DNA of 61,147 nucleotides from the NCBI GenBank assembly GCA_964573125.1, contig CAZNIX010000001.1:1-61147 (forward strand), read 5' to 3'. Under the pieces are notes generated by a model. The model saw only the letters and a list, made by a program, of their open reading frames with translations. It had not been told where the DNA came from and did no database searches. The DNA comes from an uncultured Thermoanaerobaculia bacterium. GTDB taxonomy: Bacteria; Acidobacteriota; Thermoanaerobaculia; Multivoradales; JBCCEF01. A program made the translations under genes and the position numbers. This document shows positions 18,786-26,427 of the stretch, piece after piece (within the stretch, counting starts at the first letter, position 1; each line of letters starts with the position of its first letter).

Positions 18786-19718
18786 TCAGCCTGCCACAGG
18801 AAGGGCCGCAGGCACGGGCGGACGCCGCAACAGCGCTCCGCGGAGGAGGCTGACGGCGAGCACCGCCAGGAACACGCCGCCGGCGAGAACCGGCGGCTGC
18901 GCCAGCGTGAGGATCTGGAAGCCGATGGCGGCGGCTCCGGTCACGGCGAGCGGCACCGCCCAGCGCTTCCGGCGGAGCACGGCGACGATGCCCCAGACGA
19001 ACACGACGACCATCCCAGCCCAGATCAGAACCTCCGCCCTCTCCGCTGCTCGCGAGGGGGCGGGGCGTCCCTCCGCGAAGCCGCGGATCCCCTCCAACAT
19101 CCGGCGCTCCATCACGAAGTGGGCGGCCTCGAAGAAGCCGCGGTCGAAGGCCCGGCCGAAAGCGGAGGGCGGCGCTGTCGCGCGGGAGCGGACGAGCAGG
19201 CGGGTGGTGTCGGCGCCGACCGGCTCGATCACGAAGGCCCAGCTGCCGTCCGGCGGCCGGTCGTGGGGCGTCCCGGCCCGCCAGGTGGCGAAGGCGAGCG
19301 CGCGGCCGGGGACCATGGCGAGCAGCGGCGCGCTGCCGAGGCCGTCGAGCTTCTCGGGCGGGTACATCCAGAGGCTGTCCCCCGGCCGCCACTCCTGGGC
19401 GCCGGGCAGGATCTCGGTCGCCCGGGGCAGCTCGCAACCGGCCAGGTCCTCGAGGATCTCGTAGCTGTAGAAGCCGGCGCGATCCTGGCCGAGCTGCGCC
19501 ACCCATTGCCAGACCTCGTCGGCCGTGGCGGCGATGGTCACGGCTCGGGTGGTCGATCGGGAGCCCGGCGCGATCTCGTCACCGGGGAGCACTCTCGTCT
19601 GCTCGGCCTCGGTCGAGCCCCAGGACAGAAACCACGGCCGCACGACGAGGGCGTACAGCGACACCATGGCACCCAGGGTGAGGGCGAGCGCGGCGAGCTT
19701 GCGAAGGGTGGTCCGCAT
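18786..19718 (-). CDS. SRPBCC (START/polyketide-cyclase-like) family protein with C-terminal TM helices
   Basis: ORF 18786..19868. The likely start is ATG 19718 (MRTTLRKLAALALTLG, an N-terminal anchor). VWQWVAQLGQDRAGFYSYEILEDL is typical of this SRPBCC subgroup. The C-terminus has 3 hydrophobic helices. Confidence 0.6.
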   Translation of the reverse strand: MRTTLRKLAALALTLGAMVSLYALVVRPWFLSWGSTEAEQTRVLPGDEIAPGSRSTTRAVTIAATADEVWQWVAQLGQDRAGFYSYEILEDLAGCELPRATEILPGAQEWRPGDSLWMYPPEKLDGLGSAPLLAMVPGRALAFATWRAGTPHDRPPDGSWAFVIEPVGADTTRLLVRSRATAPPSAFGRAFDRGFFEAAHFVMERRMLEGIRGFAEGRPAPSRAAERAEVLIWAGMVVVFVWGIVAVLRRKRWAVPLAVTGAAAIGFQILTLAQPPVLAGGVFLAVLAVSLLRGALLRRPPVPAALPVAG

Positions 19719-19886
19719 GGCGCACCTCCACGGGCTCGAAATCTGGCGCAGAGGCGTGCGGGGCGCGCCACCCCGACGGGTAGCGGTGGCGCCGCGGCAA
19801 GGCGGGAGTGGGCGGGTCGCAGCCGCGAAGAAAGGCGGCTCCTGAACCTCGGGCCGCCGAACGAACACAAGACCGGAGGCTGGACG

Positions 19887-20105
19887 TCAGCCCGCCGCCT
19901 TCCGCCGCCCGCCGCCGGACTTCGCCGCCTTCGGCGCCTCCGCCTCGCCCTCCCCCTCCTCCGGCAGCCGGAAGCCCACGATGCCCCGGCCGAAGTCCTC
20001 CACCTCCAACCCCCGCGCCTTGTCGAGCGCGAGCGCCCGGTGGGCGAAGAACCGTTTCGCATCCACCAGCCGCGACCGGCCGTTCAGGTCAGCACGGAGC
20101 CTGAG
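19887..20105 (-). pseudogene. 3' fragment (C-terminal ~70 codons) of a paralogue of the 21433..21858 gene
   Basis: LRLRADLNGRSRLVDAKRFFAHRALALDKARGLEVEDFGRGIVGFRLPEEG aligns with LKLRAQPNGRSRLVDAKRFFDHRGLAVDKARGLEVEDFGGGVVGFRLPEEG of the full copy. The N-terminal half is missing. Confidence 0.6.
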
Positions 20106-20216
20106 CGCACCCCTTACCGCTCTCGACAGCCTGTGGGTGGTCAGCCGGCTTGCCGACAAGCAGGTTCTCTGGCCCGTGCATCTTCGTAGGGGCCGAGTTG
20201 TATGGGACGGCTCCGC

Positions 20217-21101
20217 TTACTCCTCGAGGCGCACGCTCTGGTAGTCAATCTCGGCCGCGATTCTCGGATCACAGATGACGATCTCCTCATTGGCGCGGAC
20301 ATCAAAGAGCCGTTCGTAGTCCTCGTCCCCCAGCATCTCGCGAATGCGGGTCGTAGCCAGTTGGTTGATCCGGTTCGCGAACTCCTCTCCGTTGATCCTG
20401 CCGGACACGACCTCCAGGTCAAGCGCCTCCTTCTCTGCACGGATCTCAGTCCGAAGGTTGACCAGGCGCTCCGCGAACTGTTCGCCGCGTTCCCCGAGCT
20501 GCGCTTCAATCCAGGTGGCAAACACGTCGTCCTCGGACACCGCCATGCGATCGCCTGCGGAACAATCGCGAAGCAAGCGTATCCACTGCCACGGCCGCTT
20601 GACGTCCCCGTACGTCCCGTACAAGAGCCACGTCACCGGGTAGAACTTTGCTCCCTCAACCGTCGGCGGGGAACCGCCGTCACTCGCGGCGAAGAGAACG
20701 CGGTTGGCGATCTGGTGACAGACGCCGTCGATCCCGTAGACGACTCCGCTATTCGCTGCCACGGGCTTGGAGGACTTAACGTTCGGCTGCGCGATGCACC
20801 GCGCGAGCTGCACATCCGCGGACCAATGGCCGAGCTCGCGTACCTCGATCGAAGGATCTGTGGTGTCGCGGCACGATCCCGTGCAGTACCAATAGTCCTC
20901 GTTCGGCGGCGAGCAGGTGGTCGGCGACTCATAGGTCGTGACCCAGGTGTGGTTGGCCACCCGCACCGAATCCCAAAGCGGTGCAGCCCAGGCCACCAGC
21001 GTGTCGTCGCCGCCTGGCCCCGGAGAGCAATGAGAGACGCCCCAGAGCAGCGCCACGACGAGTAGCGCGAGCGCCGTGCCGGTGCCAGTTTTCGCTCTCA
21101 T
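20217..21101 (-). CDS. Secreted hypothetical protein (Cys-containing N-domain, helical C-domain)
   Basis: ORF 20217..21371. The likely start is ATG 21101, preceded by AAGGAGGTG. Signal peptide: MRAKTGTGTALALLVVALLWGVSHC. I recognise no family. G+C is moderately lower than the core. Confidence 0.6.
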   Translation of the reverse strand: MRAKTGTGTALALLVVALLWGVSHCSPGPGGDDTLVAWAAPLWDSVRVANHTWVTTYESPTTCSPPNEDYWYCTGSCRDTTDPSIEVRELGHWSADVQLARCIAQPNVKSSKPVAANSGVVYGIDGVCHQIANRVLFAASDGGSPPTVEGAKFYPVTWLLYGTYGDVKRPWQWIRLLRDCSAGDRMAVSEDDVFATWIEAQLGERGEQFAERLVNLRTEIRAEKEALDLEVVSGRINGEEFANRINQLATTRIREMLGDEDYERLFDVRANEEIVICDPRIAAEIDYQSVRLEE

Positions 21102-21432
21102 AGTCACCTCCTTGCCGCGGATCCGCGCCGGATCGGCGGCGTTCATCCACGGACTATCATGCGGTATAGGTTCTAAGCAACGCCCAAAGGGGTGGGGGCG
21201 CCGTCCCCAAGGGGCGGGTGCTGTGGATTGCTGTGGATAGCGTCGCAGGCGGGTATCCCGGAGGGTGGGATGCCCGCTCGATGTGCCGAGGCACCCTCGG
21301 GAGAGAGCGAGCAGCGGAGGAGGCGGCGCGTCGTCGATTGCCTGGAGTTGGGGGTGGCGGGAGTTCGGCAACTAAGAAACGAGGCGGCCCTGTCACCAGG
21401 ACCGCCCGCTGTCGAGACCAAAGAGGAGATCG

Positions 21433-21858
21433 TCAGCTCGCCTTCCGGCGCCGCCGACCTACTGGAGCGCTCGGCGGTGCCTGCGGCTCCGCCTCCGCCC
21501 CCTCCTCCGGCAGCCGGAACCCCACCACCCCGCCGCCGAAGTCCTCGACCTCCAGCCCCCGCGCCTTGTCGACGGCCAGCCCCCGGTGGTCGAAAAAGCG
21601 CTTCGCATCCACCAGCCGCGACCGGCCGTTCGGCTGCGCCCGCAGCTTCAGCACGCCGCGCCCGCCCTCCGGCGCCGGCCGGATGCCGACCACCCGGCTC
21701 TTGGCGTTGTAGCCGATCTGGACGGCCTCGACGCCCTCGCCGAGCATGGCGACGGCGGCCTCGGTGAGGACGAGCTGGCCGGCCTTGCGGACGGTCACCC
21801 GCGGAGTGGTGGAGTTGACGGTGGCGGTGCCCTCGAAGAACTCGAACTCCGTGCTCAT
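21433..21858 (-). CDS. Hypothetical 141-aa protein (full-length copy of the duplicated gene)
   Basis: ORF 21433..21912. ATG 21858 is preceded by AAGGGAGA. The protein starts MSTEFEFFEGTATVNSTTPRVTVRKAGQLVL and has a basic C-terminal tail. I recognise no family. Confidence 0.6.
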   Translation of the reverse strand: MSTEFEFFEGTATVNSTTPRVTVRKAGQLVLTEAAVAMLGEGVEAVQIGYNAKSRVVGIRPAPEGGRGVLKLRAQPNGRSRLVDAKRFFDHRGLAVDKARGLEVEDFGGGVVGFRLPEEGAEAEPQAPPSAPVGRRRRKAS

Positions 21859-21993
21859 GCTGTCTCCCTTCGTGTGGGGCTTGGGTGCCCCGGTTGTTGA
21901 GGGCCACACCACTACGGAGGAAATCGCCGGGAAGTCAAGCCACCAGGTGGGCGAAATGTGCTGCGGGGCGGGAGGTTTCGGGGATCGGCCCCG

Positions 21994-22023
21994 TTGACAC
22001 CTGGACCCGGGCTGGTCTACTCA
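21994..22023 (+). promoter_or_regulatory. Putative sigma-70-like promoter (TTGACA, ~17-18 nt spacer, TACTCA) giving a near-leaderless BlaI-like transcript
   Basis: CCGTTGACACCTGGACCCGGGCTGGTCTACTCA ends 7 nt before ATG 22031. The same CCGTTGACACC..GG..CC.GG....TACT pattern recurs at 22317-22348. Confidence 0.3.
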
Positions 22024-22030
22024 GGCGGCC

Positions 22031-22323
22031 ATGACCACGCTGCCCGCTGGCCCGGCCTTCCTCCCGCCCCTGGCGCCGGCGGCGCGCGAGCTGATGGAGG
22101 TGCTCTGGAGTGCGTGCCGTCCCCTCAGCACCCGCGCCGTGCACGACGCGGTGGCGAGGCGGTTCTCCGCGCGCACCGGGCGGGCGATCCAGGCCACGGC
22201 GACGCTGCTGACCAGGCTCATGGCGCGGGGCTGGGTCGTCGGTGAGAAGCGGGCGGGATGCGGTGCGTCTACGCGCCGAAACGCGCTGCGCCCCAGGCGC
22301 TTTCGCCTCCCTCGTTCCGTTGA
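22031..22323 (+). pseudogene. BlaI/MecI/CopY-type winged-helix repressor, short and apparently frame-disrupted
   Basis: The N-terminus ARELMEVLWSACRPLSTRAVHDAV....ATATLLTRLMARGWVVGEKRAG fits the penicillinase-repressor wHTH. The expected ...R.vY.P continuation (MRCVYAPKRAAPQA, stop 22321-22323) is in the -1 frame from about 22256. The listed 292-aa ORF continues only as Arg/Pro-rich read-through that overlaps radC. Confidence 0.4.
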
Positions 22324-22348
22324 CACCCGGCCCGGTCCCGCCTTACTG
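22320..22348 (+). promoter_or_regulatory. Second copy of the TTGACA promoter-like motif, upstream of radC
   Basis: TTGACACCCGGCCCGGTCCCGCCTTACTG lies 62 nt before the radC ATG 22410 and is similar to the motif at 21994. Confidence 0.3.
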
Positions 22349-22409
22349 GTTAGGGTCTGTCCATCCCCGCGGTGCACCGGCCCCCCAGGGCCGGCCCCGG
22401 AGAGGCCCG

Positions 22410-23127
22410 ATGCGGCGACGCCGACCCAGCCCACCCCGCCCCTGCACCCAGCCCAGCCTCATCGCCGAGATCCCCCACGACGAGCGCCCCCGGGAGCGCC
22501 TGCTGCGCAACGGCGCGCAGGCGCTCTCCGACGCCGAGCTCATCGCCATCCTCCTCAAGGGCGGGCGCAAGGGCGCGTCGGTCCTCGACCTCAGCCGCGA
22601 GCTCCTCTTCCAGTCCGGCGGGCTGCGCGGCCTCGCCAACGCCTGCACGAAGAGCCTGCGCCGCAACGGTGTCGGCGAGGTCAAGATCGCCACCCTCCTC
22701 GCCGCGGTCGAGATCGCCTGCCGCATGGCGGCGGCGGCCGTGCCCGCCCGCGAGCCGCTGTCGAAGCCGGCGGAGGTCTGCCGCTACATCGACCTGCGCT
22801 ACGGCCGGTCCGGCCAGGAAGTCATGGGGGCGCTCTACGTGTGCGCCCGCCACCGACTGATCGGCGAGCGCGAGCTGTACCGCGGCACCCTCCACCGGGC
22901 GGCGGTTGAGCCGCGGGCAGTGCTGCGCGAGGGGCTGCTGCTCGGCGCCGCCGGGTTGGTGCTATTCCACACCCACCCCTCGGGCGACCCGGCGCCGTCC
23001 CGTGAGGATCTGCTGTTCACGCGGCGGATGCACCGGGCCGGCGGTCGTCGGGATCGAGCTGGTCGACCACCTGGTGGTCGGGGTGGGCGGGGCATGGGTG
23101 AGCGTCAAGGAGCGGGGCGGGTGGTGA
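22410..23127 (+). pseudogene. radC: RadC-like JAB/MPN domain protein, interrupted by a +1 frameshift near 23041
   Basis: PHDERPRERLLRNGAQALSDAELIAILL (HhH region) and LVLFHTHPSGDPAPSREDLLFTRRM (JAMM motif) lie in the frame of ORF 22242..23318. The conserved C-terminus VVGIELVDHLVVGVGGAWVSVKERGGW* is in the frame of ORF 22906..23127. The switch is in GCCGGCGGTCGTC at 23037-23049. Confidence 0.75.
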
Positions 23128-23318
23128 CCAACCCCCTCGACGACCTGATCGCCGAGATCGGCCGCGTCGGCGAACCGGAGACGTTGACCTGGCTCGAGGG
23201 CGAGGTCGAGCGGTGGAGCGAATGGGCGGCGAGCATGCGCGGGCTGGACTGCGTTTGGATCGACCAGATTGCGCACGCGGTCAACGAGCGCCGAGCCGAG
23301 CTGCGGGGTGGGTCGTGA
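23124..23318 (+). CDS. Hypothetical 64-aa protein, translationally coupled between radC and the ComM-like gene
   Basis: GTG 23124 overlaps the radC stop (GTGA), and its own stop overlaps the next GTG (GTGA at 23315-23318). Sequence: VTNPLDDLIAEIGRVGEPETLTWLEGEVERWSEWAASM.. I recognise no family. Confidence 0.4.
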   Translation: MTNPLDDLIAEIGRVGEPETLTWLEGEVERWSEWAASMRGLDCVWIDQIAHAVNERRAELRGGS

Positions 23319-24112
23319 CCGACCTCGGCGAGATCTGCGGCCAGGAGACGGCCCGGCGGGCGCTCGAGGTCGCCGCGGCAGGCGGCCACAGCCTGCTGCT
23401 GGTCGGCCCGGCGGGGTCGGGGAAGTCGATGCTGGCGCGGTGTCTGCCAGGGCTGCTGCCGCCGGACACGCCGCGGCCGCTGCGGGTGCCGGGGCTCGGC
23501 CTCACGCCGAGAGGCGTGGCCCGTGAGCTCACCCTCGCCGCCGGCGGGACGCTGATCCTCGACGACCTGCCGGCGCTGCGGCCGGCGACCCTGCGGGCGC
23601 TGGCCGAGGCGCTCGACGGCGCGCCCGTCCAGCTCGTCGCGACGATGCGCCCCTGCCCGTGCGGTCACGCCGGGGACCACCGCGCAGACTGCGCGTGCCC
23701 GCCGGGCGTGATCCGCCGCTGGCGGGCGCGGGTCGGTGTCCCGCTCGCCGAGCGGTTCGATCTGTTCGTCGCCGTGCCGGCGGTAACGATCGGCGAGCTG
23801 CACCGCGGCGCCGGCGAGCCCTCTGCCCGCGTCGCCGGCCGGGTCGCCGCCGCGCGGGCGGTCCAGACCCGCCGCGGCGGCCTCAACGCGGCGATGGGGC
23901 CGGGCGACGCCCGACGCTGCCGGCTCGACAACCCCGGGCGGAAGTTGCTGGACGCCGCCTTCGAGCGGCTGGGGCTTTCCGCCGGCGCCCTCCACCGGGT
24001 GCTGCGGGTGGCGCGCACCCTCGCCGACATGGCGGGGGCGGAGCGGCTCTCCGCCGGCCACGTCGCCGAGGCCATCCAGTGCAGACCGGAAGTCGAGGGG
24101 GCGCGGTGGTGA
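23315..24112 (+). CDS. ComM/YifB-like Mg-chelatase-type AAA+ ATPase, lacking the N-terminal domain and internally shortened
   Basis: GQETARRALEVAAAGGHSLLLVGPAGSGKSMLARCLPGLLPP (Walker A), TLILDDLP (Walker B), MRPCPCGH and LSAGALHRVLRVARTLADMAGAERLSAGHVAEAIQCR match the ComM/YifB order. The ~190-aa N-terminal domain is absent, as are ~40-60 aa between Walker A and the CPCG motif. Confidence 0.75.
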   Translation: MTDLGEICGQETARRALEVAAAGGHSLLLVGPAGSGKSMLARCLPGLLPPDTPRPLRVPGLGLTPRGVARELTLAAGGTLILDDLPALRPATLRALAEALDGAPVQLVATMRPCPCGHAGDHRADCACPPGVIRRWRARVGVPLAERFDLFVAVPAVTIGELHRGAGEPSARVAGRVAAARAVQTRRGGLNAAMGPGDARRCRLDNPGRKLLDAAFERLGLSAGALHRVLRVARTLADMAGAERLSAGHVAEAIQCRPEVEGARW

Positions 24113-24625
24113 CGGCCCCTGGGGCGGCCCTGGCCATGGTGAGGGTGCCGCCAGCCGGCCCCAGGCCCTTGGCGGCCCTCCCAGAGGCCGTGGGGGCCGG
24201 CCCATGACCGAGGACGAGGCCCAGGCGGCGTTGGCCGCCGTCGCCCTCGAGCTGGTGGCCATCGCCGACCGGCTCCAGGCCATCCACGACGAGCTACCGG
24301 AGACACCTGCCCGCGACGCGATGCTGGAGCACCGCATCCCGCGGGACGTGGCGACCGAGGTCTACGGCGTGGTCGAGGGCGTGCGCGTGGACGAGATCCG
24401 GCCGGCGATCGAGTACCTCGAGCCGGCCTCGCGGGTGACGGCGGAGGAGCTACGCGAGCGGTTCGAAGACGAGAGGAAGGGGCGATGACAGCGAAGACAA
24501 TGCCTGAGCCTGAGGGGCCGGACGACGAGCGGTTCGTGTACGTGGTGACGTCGGCGGGGGTGGAGGCGCTGCGGGAGGGGGCAGTGACGTTCGATAGCGA
24601 GCGGGCGGCGGTGAGGTGCGAGCGG
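24086..24625 (+). repeat. Left copy of a ~540-bp direct repeat (3' end of ComM-like gene + 94-aa gene + small gene)
   Basis: From CCGGAAGTCGAGGGGGCGCGG onward this aligns with 25616-26160 at most positions; the differences are mainly at codon third positions. Confidence 0.8.
24204..24488 (+). CDS. Hypothetical 94-aa helical protein (copy 1)
   Basis: MTEDEAQAALAAVALELVAIADRLQAIHDELPETPARDAM... It has a paralogue at 25733..26017, and conservation with mostly synonymous differences argues that it is coding. Confidence 0.55.
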   Translation: MTEDEAQAALAAVALELVAIADRLQAIHDELPETPARDAMLEHRIPRDVATEVYGVVEGVRVDEIRPAIEYLEPASRVTAEELRERFEDERKGR

Positions 24626-24646
24626 CTTCACACACGACGTGGTTGA
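24485..24646 (+). CDS. Hypothetical 53-aa protein (copy 1), ATGA-coupled to the 94-aa gene
   Basis: MTAKTMPEPEGPDDERFVYVVTSAGVEALREGAVTFDSERAAV.. The start overlaps the preceding stop. There is a paralogue at 26014 and a stub at 60717-60756. Confidence 0.4.
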   Translation: MTAKTMPEPEGPDDERFVYVVTSAGVEALREGAVTFDSERAAVRCERLHTRRG

Positions 24647-24856
24647 TCTCGCTTGACTGAACCGTCCGCCGTCGCCACCGCCCGCCTCGGGCGATCTGTG
24701 CGGTCAGCCTGACCCTCGAGGGACCCTCACTGGCGAGTGGCCTGTCGCCACGACCCGATCCTCGACCGCGGGCAGTGCCTCTCGCCCGGTCTCGCCTGGG
24801 GCGCAAGCGTTCTCCTGCCCCGCACCGCGTCTACTGCAACTGCTGGGTTCTGCGGA

Positions 24857-25384
24857 CTACCTTTGTGGATTCTCCCTCGGCCGGAGAATGAGCACCGCCG
24901 ATACTAGGCCATTCTTACTGTTCGCGTTGGCTAGAGGAGTTCTTCCGGCCACCCTTCCGAGATCCTCGTCAAGGACAAAAACCGAGACGCGAATCTCGAT
25001 GAGCCTGTGCGTCGATAAGAGAAAGCGTCTGCCATCGCCGTCCTCAAACTGCTCAAACGGCGCAGCCGCTCCCAAACCGCTGGGCGGAACAGCGCCGCAA
25101 TAGTGGAACTCTGCTCCGAGAAGACCGGTTGCCGTTTGCTCCCCCCTGCAGCGCCACCTGTACGAATTGTTAATGACGATTGCCGATACAAAGATCTCAT
25201 GCTCCGTATCGTTAATGAGAAAGACGCCACCCTCACCGCCACTTAGTTTCAGTCCCTGTCGCAAACGCCCCTCGACTAGGCTCCTACGTGTGTCGATGCT
25301 GTCATCAGCACTAATGAGGAGACTGACCCCGGCCACCAGAATGGCGAGTGAAATGATAGTCTTTATTGCCTCCCGCCACTTCAT
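24857..25384 (-). CDS. Hypothetical membrane-anchored protein in low-G+C insert
   Basis: ORF 24857..25444. The likely start is ATG 25384 (MKWREAIKTIISLAILVAGVSLLI, an N-terminal TM anchor). Codon usage is A/T-rich, unlike the flanks. I recognise no family. Confidence 0.5.
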   Translation of the reverse strand: MKWREAIKTIISLAILVAGVSLLISADDSIDTRRSLVEGRLRQGLKLSGGEGGVFLINDTEHEIFVSAIVINNSYRWRCRGEQTATGLLGAEFHYCGAVPPSGLGAAAPFEQFEDGDGRRFLLSTHRLIEIRVSVFVLDEDLGRVAGRTPLANANSKNGLVSAVLILRPRENPQR

Positions 25385-25615
25385 GATTATTTCCCGGTCC
25401 CAGCGGATCTGCACGTCCTCCTCAGCGGATCGTCGCAGCATCACGTGCAGCAGGCCGCAGAACCGGTGCTTCTACGGATCCACGTCGATAGGTGGGAGAC
25501 GACAGCCGACACGCTGACGCGCCTGCTTCGGCTGGTAGTCCTATAGCCATCTGTCTAGGTTCTAAGAATTTAGGCAAGTCTACATCGGATCGAGACTCGC
25601 CGCAACTGTCCGCCC

Positions 25616-26160
25616 CCGGAAGTCGAGGGGGCGCGGGGGTGACGGCCCGGGGGCGCCCCTGGCCATGGTGAGGGTGCCGCCAGCCGGCCCCAGGCCCTTG
25701 GCCGCCCTCCCAGAGGCCGTGGGGGCCGGGCCATGACCGAGGCCGAGGCCCAGGCGGCGCTGGCCGGGGTCGCCCTCGAGCTGGTGGCGATCGCCGACCG
25801 GCTCCAGGCCATTCACGACGAGCTGCCGGCGTCGCCCAGCCGCGAGGCGATGTGGGCGCACGAGATCTCGCGCGACGTGGCCACCGAGGTCTACGGCGTG
25901 ATCGAGGCCGTGCTGGCCGACGAGGTCCGGCCGGCGATCGAGTACCTCGAGGCGGCGTCGCGGGTGACGGCGGAGGAGCTGCGCGAGCGGTGGGAAGACG
26001 AGAGGCGGGGACGATGACGCCGGACCCGATGCCCGAGCCCGAGGGGCCGCAGGACGAGCGGTTCGTCTACGTGGTGACCGCCGCGGGGGTTGAGGCGCTG
26101 GGGCAGGGCGCGGCGGAGTTCGACAGCGACCGGAAGGCGCCGGTGGCGGAGCGGAGCGGC
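25616..26160 (+). repeat. Right copy of the ~540-bp direct repeat
   Basis: It starts with the last ~27 nt of the ComM-like reading frame (..PEVEGARG*) although no ComM-like gene precedes it. The 94-aa and small-gene paralogues follow. Confidence 0.8.
25733..26017 (+). CDS. Hypothetical 94-aa helical protein (copy 2)
   Basis: MTEAEAQAALAGVALELVAIADRLQAIHDELPASPSREAM... is colinear with copy 1 over its full length. Confidence 0.55.
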   Translation: MTEAEAQAALAGVALELVAIADRLQAIHDELPASPSREAMWAHEISRDVATEVYGVIEAVLADEVRPAIEYLEAASRVTAEELRERWEDERRGR

Positions 26161-26259
26161 GATCAGCGGCCTGGTGGGACCGCGGCGACGCTGACCGCGG
26201 CGGCGGCGGCGGTGATCCTGCTCGAACAGCGCTCTACGCAGCGGGGTAGAAGCGGCTGA
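26014..26259 (+). CDS. Hypothetical 81-aa protein (copy 2 of the small gene, longer C-terminus)
   Basis: MTPDPMPEPEGPQDERFVYVVTAAGVEALGQGAAEFDSDRKAP.. It has the same ATGA overlap with the preceding gene. It diverges from copy 1 after about 45 codons. Confidence 0.4.
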   Translation: MTPDPMPEPEGPQDERFVYVVTAAGVEALGQGAAEFDSDRKAPVAERSGDQRPGGTAATLTAAAAAVILLEQRSTQRGRSG

Positions 26260-26427
26260 GTTCCAGCGACTCGACGCACTGCTTGAGCAGGGTCGTCTTC
26301 CGACCCGACGGCCTCCGCCCAGAGATTTCGTCGGTCCGTGATCTTTTGCGGTCGAAAAATGTACCTAGCGGAGACCCGAACGTCGCCTCAGGACAGTGTC
26401 ACCTCTTCAGACAGGAGGAATCACCCG

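Noticed and set aside
18070-20189. ORFs 18070..19506(-) and 18348..20189(+), 478-613 aa
   Set aside because: They overlap the DUF6064-like and SRPBCC genes in other frames or strands and translate to Arg/Gly/Pro-rich sequence without motifs.
22031-22909. Treating the whole 292-aa ORF as one BlaI-like protein
   Set aside because: Only the first ~75 codons look like a wHTH. The rest is Pro/Arg-rich read-through that overlaps the well-supported radC frame.
21164-25565. Shared 11-mer TAGGTTCTAAG upstream of both inserted minus-strand genes (21166 and 25554) as a common insertion signature
   Set aside because: A single 11-nt match within 61 kb is expected by chance many times over, and there is no extended similarity around it.
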